Assembly: GCA_043819795.1 (NCBI GenBank)
Contig: JBDREN010000126.1
Span: 8,541 to 72,540, forward strand
Source: Elusimicrobiota bacterium
GTDB lineage: Bacteria; Elusimicrobiota; Elusimicrobia; UBA1565
Direction of reading: 5' to 3'
Length of the DNA: 64,000 bases
The position numbers and the translations under genes are program-made. The notes beneath the pieces are model-generated. The model saw nothing but the letters and a program-made list of their open reading frames with translations. It did no database searches and was not told the origin of the DNA. Shown piece after piece: positions 38,596 to 49,329 of this stretch. Position 1 is the stretch's first letter. Every line of letters begins with the position of its first letter.

Positions 38596-39107
38596 CCAAG
38601 ACGAGACTAGCGAAGACCGGAGCCCTGGCCGCGCTGCTGGCGGCGACCCTCCCGGCCGGAGCCTGGCCGCACTGCCAGGTGCCCTGCGGCATCTACGGCG
38701 ATTACATGCGCTTCGACATGATCGCGGAGCACATCGCCACCCTCGAAAAGTCCATGAGAACGATCGGCGGGCTCTCGGAGGAGACGGAGAAGAACCACAA
38801 CCAGATCGTGCGCTGGGTGAACAACAAGGACCGGCACGCCGACGAGCTCAGCCACATCGTCACGTATTACTTCATGGCGCAGCGCGTCAAACCCGCCGGG
38901 GACTCCGACGCCAAGGCGCGCGCAGCCTATCTCAAGAAGCTCGAGCTCCTGCACGGCATGCTGGTCCGAGCCATGCAGGCCAAGCAGACGACCGATCTCG
39001 GGCACATCGAAGCCCTTCGCGGCCTGCTTGAGGATTTCCGCGAGGCCTACTTCGGCACGGACGGGGAGAAGCACCTGAAGGAGCATCACGGAGGCGGCAA
39101 GCCCTGA
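38592..39107 (+). CDS. sodN: Nickel superoxide dismutase precursor
   Basis: Ni-hook 'HCQVPCGIY' after a Sec-like leader; 'NQIVRWVNNKD.HA' and 'YFMAQRVKP'. Confidence 0.9.
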   Translation: MTKTRLAKTGALAALLAATLPAGAWPHCQVPCGIYGDYMRFDMIAEHIATLEKSMRTIGGLSEETEKNHNQIVRWVNNKDRHADELSHIVTYYFMAQRVKPAGDSDAKARAAYLKKLELLHGMLVRAMQAKQTTDLGHIEALRGLLEDFREAYFGTDGEKHLKEHHGGGKP

Positions 39108-39148
39108 CCGCCGCGGCCCGCGGCCGCTCCCACGGAGGCACGCAGATC

Positions 39149-39949
39149 ATGACATCGGCACAAGACTATTTCCCCCGCCTGGCCGAGTTCCCGCACGCGG
39201 AGCTCTTCGCCGGGACCCGGCACGTGTGGGAGGTCCTTCCGCGGCTGCAGGGATACGTGCGTGAAAAGGCGCTGGACCCGGGCGCCCCGGAGGCGGACGC
39301 CGAGGACCTGCGCGGGCTCCGGGTCGAGGATGGCATGATCTCCAGCGAGGGCCTTTTCACGGCCAAGAGGCGGTTCCGGATCGGCCGCGCGGAGCTCCTT
39401 ATCGAGGCCGGGGCGCGCATGGAGCCCGGGGTGGTGATCTTCGGGCCCGCGGTCCTGTGCGAGAAAGCGGACTTCCGTCCGGGGGCCTACCTGCGCGGAG
39501 GCTGCCTGATCGGGCCCGGCGCCGTGGTCGGGCACGCCACCGAGGTCAAGAACTCCGTGTTCCTCAACCGCGCGGTGGCGGGACACTTCGCCTACGTGGG
39601 AGACAGCCTCCTCGGGATGGGCTCCAACCTCGGAGCCGGGACGAAGCTCGCCAACCTCCAGCTCCGCACCGAGGAGGAGAAGCGCTCGCGCTCCGGGCGG
39701 AACATCCTCATCCGGGTCGGGAGAGAGACCGTGGACACCGGCCTGCGCAAATTCGGAGCGGTCGTGGGCGATGACGTGGAGATCGGCTGCAACACGGTCA
39801 CCTCGCCGGGCACGCTGCTCGGCCCCGGCTGCTGGGTCGTCCCGAACACGACCGTGCCCAAGGGGGTCCATCCGCCGGCCCATCTCATCCTGACGCCCTC
39901 CCGCAGACCGGTCGCCAAGCCGCGCCGACGCCCCTCGGTCTCCCCGTAA
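39149..39949 (+). CDS. Left-handed beta-helix acyltransferase (GlmU C-terminal-like)
   Basis: 'GAYLRG..LIG...VVGHATEVKNS', 'HFAYVGDSLLG..SNLGAGTKLAN' and 'TGLRKFGA.VGD'. Confidence 0.85.
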   Translation: MTSAQDYFPRLAEFPHAELFAGTRHVWEVLPRLQGYVREKALDPGAPEADAEDLRGLRVEDGMISSEGLFTAKRRFRIGRAELLIEAGARMEPGVVIFGPAVLCEKADFRPGAYLRGGCLIGPGAVVGHATEVKNSVFLNRAVAGHFAYVGDSLLGMGSNLGAGTKLANLQLRTEEEKRSRSGRNILIRVGRETVDTGLRKFGAVVGDDVEIGCNTVTSPGTLLGPGCWVVPNTTVPKGVHPPAHLILTPSRRPVAKPRRRPSVSP

Positions 39950-40076
39950 GGGCCCCCGAGCCCCCTGTAACGCCCGCCCCCGCAAGGCCGCTCGCATGGA
40001 GGCCCGAGGACCGGCACAAAAAAGTCCTGATGGGAGCCGCCTTGACGTCTCACACCCCATATATTCACATAATGCG

Positions 40077-40097
40077 CCGCCGCAACTGTTGCGGCGG
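40077..40097. promoter_or_regulatory. Perfect palindrome upstream of DUF692 (operator-like)
   Basis: CCGCCGCAAC-T-GTTGCGGCGG, 10-bp arms with a 1-nt spacer. Confidence 0.4.
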
Positions 40098-40235
40098 ATT
40101 TAAGCCTTCGTTGAACTGGATTCTAGGCCGGTCCGTTATGCTGGCATATATCGGGAAGCATGCCTGTCCTCAAGGAGGAATGGTGCCTATCGCGAGTCTG
40201 AGGGGGGCCGCGCCCCGGAGAGGGAGAGCCCCAGA

Positions 40236-41120
40236 GTGAGTGCGATGAAGCCGACGGCGAGTTCAAGGCCGGCTGAAGCCGGGCGGACGGGTGCGTCCGC
40301 GTTCGTGGGCGTGGGGCTCCGCCCGCCCCACTACTCGCGTCTTTTGAAGCGCACCTCGAGCACCGTCCAATGGTTCGAGGCGCTCTCCGAGAACTTCATG
40401 GACACCCGGGGCCGGCCGCTCCAGGCCCTGGAGTCCGCGCGAAAGGACTACCCGATCGCCCTGCACGGCATCTCGATGTCGGTGGGCTCCGCGGAGGGGA
40501 TCCGGCCGGGCTATCTCAAGCGGCTGAAGGCCCTGGCCGACCGGATCGACCCCTTCTTGGTCTCGGACCATCTCTGCTGGACCGGGCCGCATGCCTCCAA
40601 CACCCGCGACCTGCTGCCGCTCCCCCAAACGGAGGAGGCGGTGAGGTCCGTGGTCCGGGAGGTCGAGCGCGCCCATACGGAGCTCGGCCGGCGGATCGCC
40701 CTTGAGAACGTGTCGAGCTACCTCTCCTTCAAGGGAGCCGAGATGAAGGAATGGGAGTTCCTCGTCGAGGTGGCGAAGCGCTCGGGTTGCGGGATCTTGC
40801 TCGACATCAACAACGTCTATGTAAACTCGGTCAACCACGGTTTCGACCCGCAGGAGTACCTGGACGGCGTCCCGACGGACCTCGTCGCGCAGATACACCT
40901 GGCCGGCCATACGGACATGGGGACGCACCTGTTCGACACCCACAGCGCCCCGGTGGCGGACGTCGTCTGGGACCTCTACGCCCGGACGGCGCGCCGGCTC
41001 GCCGCCGTGCCCGTGCTCATCGAATGGGACGACGACATCCCCGAGTTCGCGGAGCTCGAGCGCCAAGCGGAGGCGGCGAGGCGCGTGTGGGAAAAAGCGA
41101 ATGAGAAGATCTCTGCTTGA
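40236..41120 (+). CDS. DUF692 multinuclear non-heme iron oxidative enzyme (MNIO; MbnB/TglH/ChrH family)
   Basis: 'GVGLR..HY', 'WFE..SENFM', 'LHG.SMS.GS', 'SDHLCW', 'LENVSSY', 'LLDINNVYVN', 'QIHLAGH', 'DTH' and 'IEWD'. Confidence 0.93.
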   Translation: MSAMKPTASSRPAEAGRTGASAFVGVGLRPPHYSRLLKRTSSTVQWFEALSENFMDTRGRPLQALESARKDYPIALHGISMSVGSAEGIRPGYLKRLKALADRIDPFLVSDHLCWTGPHASNTRDLLPLPQTEEAVRSVVREVERAHTELGRRIALENVSSYLSFKGAEMKEWEFLVEVAKRSGCGILLDINNVYVNSVNHGFDPQEYLDGVPTDLVAQIHLAGHTDMGTHLFDTHSAPVADVVWDLYARTARRLAAVPVLIEWDDDIPEFAELERQAEAARRVWEKANEKISA

Positions 41121-41892
41121 GCTCCAGCGGGACTTCGCGGCCTCTCTCCGGAAGCCGGAGCCCCGCGCCTCGACGCTCGAGGCGATCGTCCCCGGCGGAC
41201 GGCTCTCGCCGGAGCAGGCTCTCGGGGTATACCGCAGCAGCTATGTGGCCCAGCTGACCGAAGCCCTCGGCGAGACCTTCGAAGGGGTCTGGCGCGTCCT
41301 GGGCGACGAGGACTTCTTCCGCGTCTCCCGGGAATACGTCGCGGGCCATCCGTCGAAGTCCCCGAACCTCTCGGACTACGGCTTCGACTTCCCGGCCTAT
41401 CTCGCCCGACAGCGCGACTTCGACGATCTGCCGTTCCTGCGAGAGCTCGGCGAGTTCGAGTGGGATTTCAAGGAGCTCTTCCACCAGGAAACGCCGAAAG
41501 AGCCGGGGCCCGACAGATTCGCCGCGGCCGAGCGAAGCGGGGATATCCGGCTCGTATTCTCTCCCGCGACGCGGCTCAGGCGTCACCGCTACGGGACCTA
41601 CGCGGTCTGGACGCATGGGCGCGAAGGAGGTGAGTGGCCCGTCCCCTGGAACGGCGAGGAAAGGCTCCTTCTCTACCGGAAGGAAGAAAACGTCCTCGTC
41701 GCGCGCCTCGACGAGATCGAGTATGATCTCATCTCCCGGGTGCGCTCGGGCCAGCCCCTGTCGCGGGCCCTCGACGCGGTCGCGCGCCGGCGCCGGCGCC
41801 TCGAACCCGAGTGGGTCGGCGCCCTGTTCTCCATGCTCCGGCGCCTCAGGATCGTCCTGGGCGTCCTTCCGGTCCGGCCGCCGGCCCGATAA
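41101..41892 (+). CDS. DUF2063 (MNIO partner / RRE-like) protein
   Basis: 'LLELQRDFAASL', 'LGVYRSSY...L..ALGETF', 'P...NL.DYG..FP..L' and 'EL..FEW'; overlaps DUF692. Confidence 0.85.
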   Translation: MRRSLLELQRDFAASLRKPEPRASTLEAIVPGGRLSPEQALGVYRSSYVAQLTEALGETFEGVWRVLGDEDFFRVSREYVAGHPSKSPNLSDYGFDFPAYLARQRDFDDLPFLRELGEFEWDFKELFHQETPKEPGPDRFAAAERSGDIRLVFSPATRLRRHRYGTYAVWTHGREGGEWPVPWNGEERLLLYRKEENVLVARLDEIEYDLISRVRSGQPLSRALDAVARRRRRLEPEWVGALFSMLRRLRIVLGVLPVRPPAR

Positions 41893-41985
41893 GACGCCCC
41901 GCGCGTCACTTGCCCTGACGCTCCGCCAGGAGGTAGCATATAGACGCCGGGCCCCGTCCCGCCCGGATCGAGCCCAAGGACCGCG

Positions 41986-43356
41986 ATGAGCACCGACATC
42001 AACAAGACGCTGGACGCCCTGGACCTGGCCTCTTTCGACTGCCGGTACTGCGACGTCCGGATCGAGGACACGACCACGTCTTTGATCCTGTACCGGAACT
42101 TCGAGCTCGAATCCTGCGAGCTCAAGCCCAGCCTGGGAGCGTTCGTCCGGGTCTTCAACAACGGGAAGTGGTTCTACTGCGCCACGACCGCCCTGGACCG
42201 GCTGCCCGAGGCCATCCGGGACCTGATCCGCCAGTCGCGGCGGCTAGAGCGTGACGACTCGGACCCCTTCTCGGCGGTCCGGCCCCTGCGCGCCGAGCGC
42301 ATGCTCTATCCGGAGGGCGGCGCCTCCCGGCTCGGCGCGAGGAAGAAGATGGAGCTCTGCGAGTCGTATTTCGACACGCTGAGGCGCTTCCCCAAGATCG
42401 CCGAAAGCCGGGTCCTGCACGCGGACACCTACAAGGTGAAGCGCTTCCGCTCCTCCAGGGGCGTCGAGGTCGCCCACGACTACAACCTCCACGGGCTGCG
42501 GTTCGACTACACGCTCAAGGAGGGCGATCGGATATTCTACGACCTCTTCGACAAAGGCTCGGACCGCTTCGAGGACCTGCGCTCGCTCGAGCCCTCGCTC
42601 GTCGAGAGCATTGAAGAGAGCTCGCTGTTTTTGCGGGCGAAACCCGTTCCCCCGGGCCAGTACCGCGTGCTCATGGGCGGCAAGGTCGTGGGGGTCTTCG
42701 CTCACGAGTCCTTCGGGCACAAGTCCGAGGCGGACTTCATGCTGGGCGACGAGACCGCCATGAAGGACTGGAGGCTCGGCTCCAAGGTGGGCGCCGACAT
42801 CCTGTCCATCATCGACGACCCCGGGCATGCCGGCACCTCGGGCTACTGCCCGTTCGACGACGAGGGCACGCCCGGCCAAAAGACCTATCTCATCAAGAAC
42901 GGCGTGCTCTCGGGGAGGCTGCATTCCCGGATGACCTCCCACGCCCTCGGCGAGCCCGCCACCGGCAACGCCCGGGCCGTGAGCTTCGAGTTCGAGCCCA
43001 TCGTTCGCATGACCTGCACCTACGTGGAGCCCGGGGCGCGATCTTTGGAGGAGATCGTCTCCAAGGTCGACCTCGGCATCTACGCCAAAGACGTCAAGCA
43101 CGGCTCCGGGCTGAGCACCTTCACCATCGCCCCGAGGAAGACGTACTGGATACGCGACGGCAAGATCGCGGAGCCCGTCCTGGTCTCGGTCATATCGGGC
43201 TCCGTGTTCCAGACCCTCAAGGACGTCGAGGCCGTGGCCGGGGACCTCATGCTCTTCTCCACCGCCTTCGGGGGGTGCGGCAAGATGGAGCAGATGCCCC
43301 TTCCCGTCGCCTTCGGGGGCCCGTCGATGCTGGTCCGCGGGATGCAGGTGAGCTAG
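41986..43356 (+). CDS. tldD: TldD-family metalloprotease
   Basis: 'FAHESFGHKSEAD', 'FDDEG', 'TGNARA', 'RMTCTY' and 'GGCGK..Q.P.PV..GGP'. Confidence 0.9.
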   Translation: MSTDINKTLDALDLASFDCRYCDVRIEDTTTSLILYRNFELESCELKPSLGAFVRVFNNGKWFYCATTALDRLPEAIRDLIRQSRRLERDDSDPFSAVRPLRAERMLYPEGGASRLGARKKMELCESYFDTLRRFPKIAESRVLHADTYKVKRFRSSRGVEVAHDYNLHGLRFDYTLKEGDRIFYDLFDKGSDRFEDLRSLEPSLVESIEESSLFLRAKPVPPGQYRVLMGGKVVGVFAHESFGHKSEADFMLGDETAMKDWRLGSKVGADILSIIDDPGHAGTSGYCPFDDEGTPGQKTYLIKNGVLSGRLHSRMTSHALGEPATGNARAVSFEFEPIVRMTCTYVEPGARSLEEIVSKVDLGIYAKDVKHGSGLSTFTIAPRKTYWIRDGKIAEPVLVSVISGSVFQTLKDVEAVAGDLMLFSTAFGGCGKMEQMPLPVAFGGPSMLVRGMQVS

Positions 43357-43358
43357 GC

Positions 43359-44597
43359 ATGGTCAAGGATCTCCTCAGATCGACGGAGAAGCAGCTCAAG
43401 CTGGAGATCGGGGCCGGGGAGGTCCGCTCCTTCAGAAACAAGGAGATCGTCAAGACCGGCGCGCGCATCTTCGACGAAGGAAAGATAGCCTCCGCGTCCT
43501 TTGTGGGTCAGATCGAAGATTCCGAACTTTACAGGCGCTGCATGTCGCAGCGGGACGCCGCCGTCCCCTTCGACTACGAGCTCCCGCGCGACTCGAGCTA
43601 CTCCAAGTCCCTGACCGGAGGCGGCGGCTCCATGGAGCGCCTGCCGGAGCTGACCGAGGCCGCCCTTCGCCGCCTCAAAGAGGCGAACCGCGATTTCCTG
43701 TATTCGGGCCATGCCGCGTGCTCGCTCGTCAGCGAGGAGCACCGGAACTCGCTGGGCGTGGACCACCGCATCGAGGTGGAGCATTCCGGATGGGCATTCC
43801 TTTTCAAGCATAAGAGCTCGGCCGGCATCATGGACGGCTGGTTCGGCTCCGGAGGCATCGGGAAGGCCGACCCCATGGAGGCGATCGAGCGGAACCTGCC
43901 GTTCCTGGAGGCGTTCGGGAACGAAGTCCCCATCTCGGAGGGCCCGAAGCCGGTCGTCTACACCGACCTGCAGGGCTGGCTCTTCAGGAAGCTCTGCGAG
44001 TCCCTGAGGATCGACAAGCACAAGGACGGCTCGGCGCTCTACAGCGGCAGGATGGGCGAGCGCCTCTTCAGCGAGGACTTCAGCCTCTACGACGTCAGCT
44101 TCGCTCCGGAATACGGCGTGGCCTCGCCCTTCGACGGGGAAGGGACGCTTAGGAAAGAGCCCCGCCTCCCGCTCATCGAGAAGGGATCCATCACGAACCT
44201 GATCTGCGACCTGCGGTGCGGCAAGAAATACGGAGCCGCCACCACGGGCAACGGCCAGCGCGGCTTCAACACGGGCGTCCACCTCGGCTTCAACGCGCTG
44301 GCGGTGGGCCGGGGAGAGCGGCCCTTCGACTCGCTCATCAAAGAGTTCGAGGAGTGCGTCTTCGTCGTCATGGCCATGGGGGGAGACTGCACCGACACCG
44401 GCGAATTCTCGAGCCCCGTGGCCTTGTCTTATCTCTTCAAGAACGGAAAGCTGGCCGGGAGGCTCCCGCAGATCACCGTCAAATCCGGCATGCGCGAGAT
44501 GTTCGGGCCCAAGTTGCTGGGGGTCTCGAGCGACGGCTTCCTCAGCTCCAACCTCAACCCCTGCGTCTTCATGGAGATGCAGGTCATGAAGAACTGA
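43359..44597 (+). CDS. pmbA: PmbA/TldE-family partner
   Basis: 'PFDGEG', 'LIEKG', 'TTGNG.R' and 'G.FS.P'; no HExxH; directly follows tldD. Confidence 0.8.
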   Translation: MVKDLLRSTEKQLKLEIGAGEVRSFRNKEIVKTGARIFDEGKIASASFVGQIEDSELYRRCMSQRDAAVPFDYELPRDSSYSKSLTGGGGSMERLPELTEAALRRLKEANRDFLYSGHAACSLVSEEHRNSLGVDHRIEVEHSGWAFLFKHKSSAGIMDGWFGSGGIGKADPMEAIERNLPFLEAFGNEVPISEGPKPVVYTDLQGWLFRKLCESLRIDKHKDGSALYSGRMGERLFSEDFSLYDVSFAPEYGVASPFDGEGTLRKEPRLPLIEKGSITNLICDLRCGKKYGAATTGNGQRGFNTGVHLGFNALAVGRGERPFDSLIKEFEECVFVVMAMGGDCTDTGEFSSPVALSYLFKNGKLAGRLPQITVKSGMREMFGPKLLGVSSDGFLSSNLNPCVFMEMQVMKN

Positions 44598-44680
44598 CGG
44601 CCTTGCGGGACGCGCCCCGGCCTGTTATCCTAGGCCCGAGGGCGGTTCGGAGACCGCACGGATCCATCCTGGAGGACGAG

Positions 44681-45388
44681 ATGGGCGAGGAGCCGCGGAC
44701 TCTCGAATACAACTACAAGTTCACGTTGGACGACGGGGTCTGCAAGGAGTTCCACATCCGCCTCGACAGGCGCAGCCTCCGGTTCCAGGGCCAAGAACGT
44801 TCCGAGTACCCCGATTGGACGCGCCTGTCCAATTCCCAGTGCCCGAACTGCCCGCTTACCGAGGACCGCCACCCGCGATGTCCCATCGCCGAAAACCTCG
44901 TGGACGTGATCGACTTCTTCAAGGACCGCCTATCGACCGAGAAAGTGACGCTGGAGGTCGCCAGCGAGGCGCGCACCTACGTGAGCCGCACCCCCATCTC
45001 GCCCGCGGTGAGCGCCTTGATCGGCCTGCATATGGTGACCAGCGGATGCCCCATCCTGGACAAGATGAAGCCGATGACCCAGACCCACCTCCCCTTCTCC
45101 ACGCTCCGGGAGAGCCTCTACCGCACGCTCGCGATGTACATGCTCGCCCAGCATTTCCGTCTACGGAAGGGACTGAAGCCGGACTGGGAGATGAAGGGCC
45201 TGCCCGCTTTCGTCCAGGAGATCCACGGCGTGAACGCGGGGTTCTGCGAGCGGCTCGGGTCGGTGTGCCCGGCGGACGCCAACCTCAACGCCGTCATCCG
45301 CCTCGACTCCTTCGCGGACAGCTCGTCGTACCAGGTCGAGGAGGACGAGCTGGACCATCTCGCGGAGTCGTTCACGGCCCATTTCTAG
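44681..45388 (+). CDS. Conserved Cys-rich hypothetical protein (DUF6901-like)
   Basis: 'PDWTRL...QCPNCPL.....CP', 'SGCP', 'HLPFST..E' and 'DANLNA...LD'. GGAGG SD. Confidence 0.75.
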   Translation: MGEEPRTLEYNYKFTLDDGVCKEFHIRLDRRSLRFQGQERSEYPDWTRLSNSQCPNCPLTEDRHPRCPIAENLVDVIDFFKDRLSTEKVTLEVASEARTYVSRTPISPAVSALIGLHMVTSGCPILDKMKPMTQTHLPFSTLRESLYRTLAMYMLAQHFRLRKGLKPDWEMKGLPAFVQEIHGVNAGFCERLGSVCPADANLNAVIRLDSFADSSSYQVEEDELDHLAESFTAHF

Positions 45389-45405
45389 ACCGCGCCGTCA
45401 TAACG

Positions 45406-45445
45406 CGAAAGCCGCGGGGATCGCGATGATCCCCGCGGCTTTTCG
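45406..45445. terminator. Bidirectional intrinsic terminator
   Basis: AAAGCCGCGGGGATC-gcgat-GATCCCCGCGGCTTT, between a convergent CDS and the tRNA. Confidence 0.8.
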
Positions 45446-45449
45446 TTGA

Positions 45450-45524
45450 TGGTGGGCGGTATAGGATTTGAACCTATGACCTTTCGCGTGTGAAGCGAAC
45501 GCTCTTCCGCTGAGCTAACCGCCC
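45450..45524 (-). tRNA. tRNA-Val (anticodon CAC)
   Basis: Reverse complement GGGCGGTTAGCTCAGCGGAAGAGCGTTCGCTTCACACGCGAAAGGTCATAGGTTCAAATCCTATACCGCCCACCA folds as a cloverleaf with encoded CCA. Confidence 0.96.
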
Positions 45525-45743
45525 GATGTCCTTATTTTAACAGATAACTCGCGGCCGGGGTAGGGCCCGGAGGGCCGTACGGGACGAAGCCGGTCGCAAT
45601 GCGATGCCCGGCACGGGCTTTTGTTCAGCCGGATTTCAGCCCCCGTTAAAACGGATTCCAGTCCGGCGTGGCATGCTCTCTATGAAGGCAATGCGAAGAG
45701 CCTTCAGCGCAGGTCGCTGGAGGACACCAAGGAGGAAGGCACT

Positions 45744-47405
<1,662 letters not shown>

Positions 47406-47438
47406 CAGCGGATATCCGAGCGTATGCTCGGCAGTGCC

Positions 47439-47470
47439 GGCCGGGGGTCCCTTTGGGGCCCCCGGCCTTG
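47439..47470 (+). terminator. Stem-loop after the secreted-protein gene
   Basis: GGCCGGGGGTCCC-ttt-GGGGCCCCCGGCC followed by TTG. Confidence 0.5.
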
Positions 47471-47594
47471 ACGTACTGTTAAGCCAACCTCCCGCTGCCG
47501 GTGTTTCTTTAGATAGATCCGGAGCAGAGCAGGCCCCGGAAGGCCCGTGGTGCAACTCCAGAGGGGTCCCGGGCGTCCCGATCGCGAATCCCCC

Positions 47595-47711
47595 CTCGAA
47601 GACCGACATGGCCTCCTGGATGTGCGTGCGGCTCAGGTGGGCATACCGCTGGGTCATCGCTGCGGTGGCGTGGCCCAGGATGGCCTGCAAGGCCGCCAGT
47701 TGAGCCGCGGC
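47595..47711 (-). pseudogene. C-terminal relic of a tyrosine recombinase/integrase
   Basis: 'LAALQAILGHATAAMTQRYAHLS' is the box II LGH...T.RY motif; the upstream catalytic domain is missing. Confidence 0.75.
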
Positions 47712-47797
47712 CAGCCTATCTCGCCGTACCGGAAAAAGGTAAACTTGCCGCATGGTCGAGGAGTCGCGGCCATTTCGCGGCCCCGATTCGGCGCATT

Positions 47798-48568
47798 ATG
47801 CGAAGGCACGATTCATTGCGGCACCCGGATGATCATGCGCGTCGCGCCGGGGACGCCCGCGACATAAACTCCGCCACGCGATACTCCCTCCTCATCGTGG
47901 ACGATTCCGACGATGGCCGCAAGATTCTCGGCGATCAGCTCAAGCGCCAAGGATTCTCGGTAGTGGCGGCATCCAGCGTCGATGAAGCCATCTATCTGGC
48001 CGGTGAAACGCGTCCGGATCTGGTGCTGTCCGATGTGGCCATGCCCGAGGCGGACGGGATGGAGCTGTGCAGGAAAATACGCGGCAGCCGGCGACTGACG
48101 CATCTGCCCATCATCCTCATCTCAGGCACGCGCCTGTCCGAGGATGACCAGATCGAAGGCATGCATTTGGGGGCCGATGACTATTTGCCGAAACCCTATA
48201 CCTCCCGCCTGCTTGCCATGAAGATTCGCGCGGTGCTTCGCCGTTACGAAGCCCCGAAGAAACTGCAGGAGACGCTTCGCTGCGCCGATCTTGAGCTGGA
48301 TGCCGCGGCCCGCCTCGTCCGGGTCAAGGGGCGCCCGGTCAACCTGACCCGCAAGGAGTTCGACATCCTGATGCTGCTCCTGCGCCGGCCGGGCACGGTC
48401 CATAGCCTTCGACAACTCCTTCAGTCCGTTTGGGGCGACGATCCATGCGACGTGACGGACCCCCACACCGTCCAAGTCCATCTCTTCACTCTCCGCAAGA
48501 AGCTCGGCAAGGAGTTCGGCAAGAAGATCGTCAGCGTGCCGAAACTCGGCTACAGACTGGAACTCTGA
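47798..48568 (+). CDS. OmpR/PhoB-family response regulator
   Basis: REC ('IVDD', 'SDVAMPEADG', 'GADDYLPKP') plus wHTH ('LTRKEFDIL', 'VWG', 'LRKKLG', 'GYRL'). Start uncertain. Confidence 0.9.
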   Translation: MRRHDSLRHPDDHARRAGDARDINSATRYSLLIVDDSDDGRKILGDQLKRQGFSVVAASSVDEAIYLAGETRPDLVLSDVAMPEADGMELCRKIRGSRRLTHLPIILISGTRLSEDDQIEGMHLGADDYLPKPYTSRLLAMKIRAVLRRYEAPKKLQETLRCADLELDAAARLVRVKGRPVNLTRKEFDILMLLLRRPGTVHSLRQLLQSVWGDDPCDVTDPHTVQVHLFTLRKKLGKEFGKKIVSVPKLGYRLEL

Positions 48569-48714
48569 GGCGGCGGCCGGACCGCCTCCGGCTCATCGAA
48601 GGATTCGCGTCCCGCGCCGGGGCGGCCGCCGGGACTTGAAAATGATTTGATTTCAAGCGCCCATACTTACATTGATGGCCGGGCCATCCTCCGGCGGACT
48701 CAATGGGGGCAACC

Positions 48715-49329
48715 ATGAAAATCCGGGACTTCATCTCCTTCACGGACGCGGCCGGGCTTTGCTGTGTCTCCGTCGAAACCGTCCGCCGCTGGGCCGCCGA
48801 GGCCGACATCCCTTCCGGCAAGCTCCACGGAGTGATGGGAACAACCCGCGCCGGCCTGCGCCGCTGCCTGCGTGAACGCGACATGCCCATCCCGAGGGGT
48901 CTCGGCAACTGGCCCCGCATACTGCTCGTCGAGGATGATGCCGACCTGCGCGTCGTTCTCCACTGCGCGCTCAGCACCTTATACACGGACGTGGAGATCA
49001 AAGTGGCTGAAGACGGCCTGCAGGCGCTCGGCGCCCTCACTGACTTCAAACCGCACCTTATCGTGACGGACATCTGTCTGCCGGCCGTCGACGGGCTGAC
49101 GCTCTGTCATACGGTCCGCGAGCATCCGGAATTGTCCGGCACGAAGGTTTTGGCGATAACGGGACTGACCGACCCGCATATTCGTGAAGCCGCATTCGAG
49201 GAAGGCGCCGTCGAGTTCATTCAGAAGCCGCTTGCCCTTGAGGATGTCAAGGCCGCGGCGCTCCGGCTCCTGGGCGACATCTCGACACATCCCGCGACGG
49301 CGGAGCCCCGTCGTGACAATCCGCTATGA
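48715..49329 (+). CDS. Excisionase/MerR-like HTH + REC response regulator
   Basis: 'AAGLCCVSVETVRRWA', then 'ILLVEDD', 'TDICLP.VDG' and 'KP'. Confidence 0.85.
   Translation: MKIRDFISFTDAAGLCCVSVETVRRWAAEADIPSGKLHGVMGTTRAGLRRCLRERDMPIPRGLGNWPRILLVEDDADLRVVLHCALSTLYTDVEIKVAEDGLQALGALTDFKPHLIVTDICLPAVDGLTLCHTVREHPELSGTKVLAITGLTDPHIREAAFEEGAVEFIQKPLALEDVKAAALRLLGDISTHPATAEPRRDNPL

Noticed and set aside
40021..40200. Possible 6S RNA (starts AAAGTCCTGATG)
   Set aside because: No complementary 3' arm to form the long closing stem; not supportable without an Rfam scan.
45450..45524. tRNA-Val as attB of an intact prophage or ICE
   Set aside because: No duplicated tRNA 3' end, no intact integrase and no phage or conjugation genes in the window.
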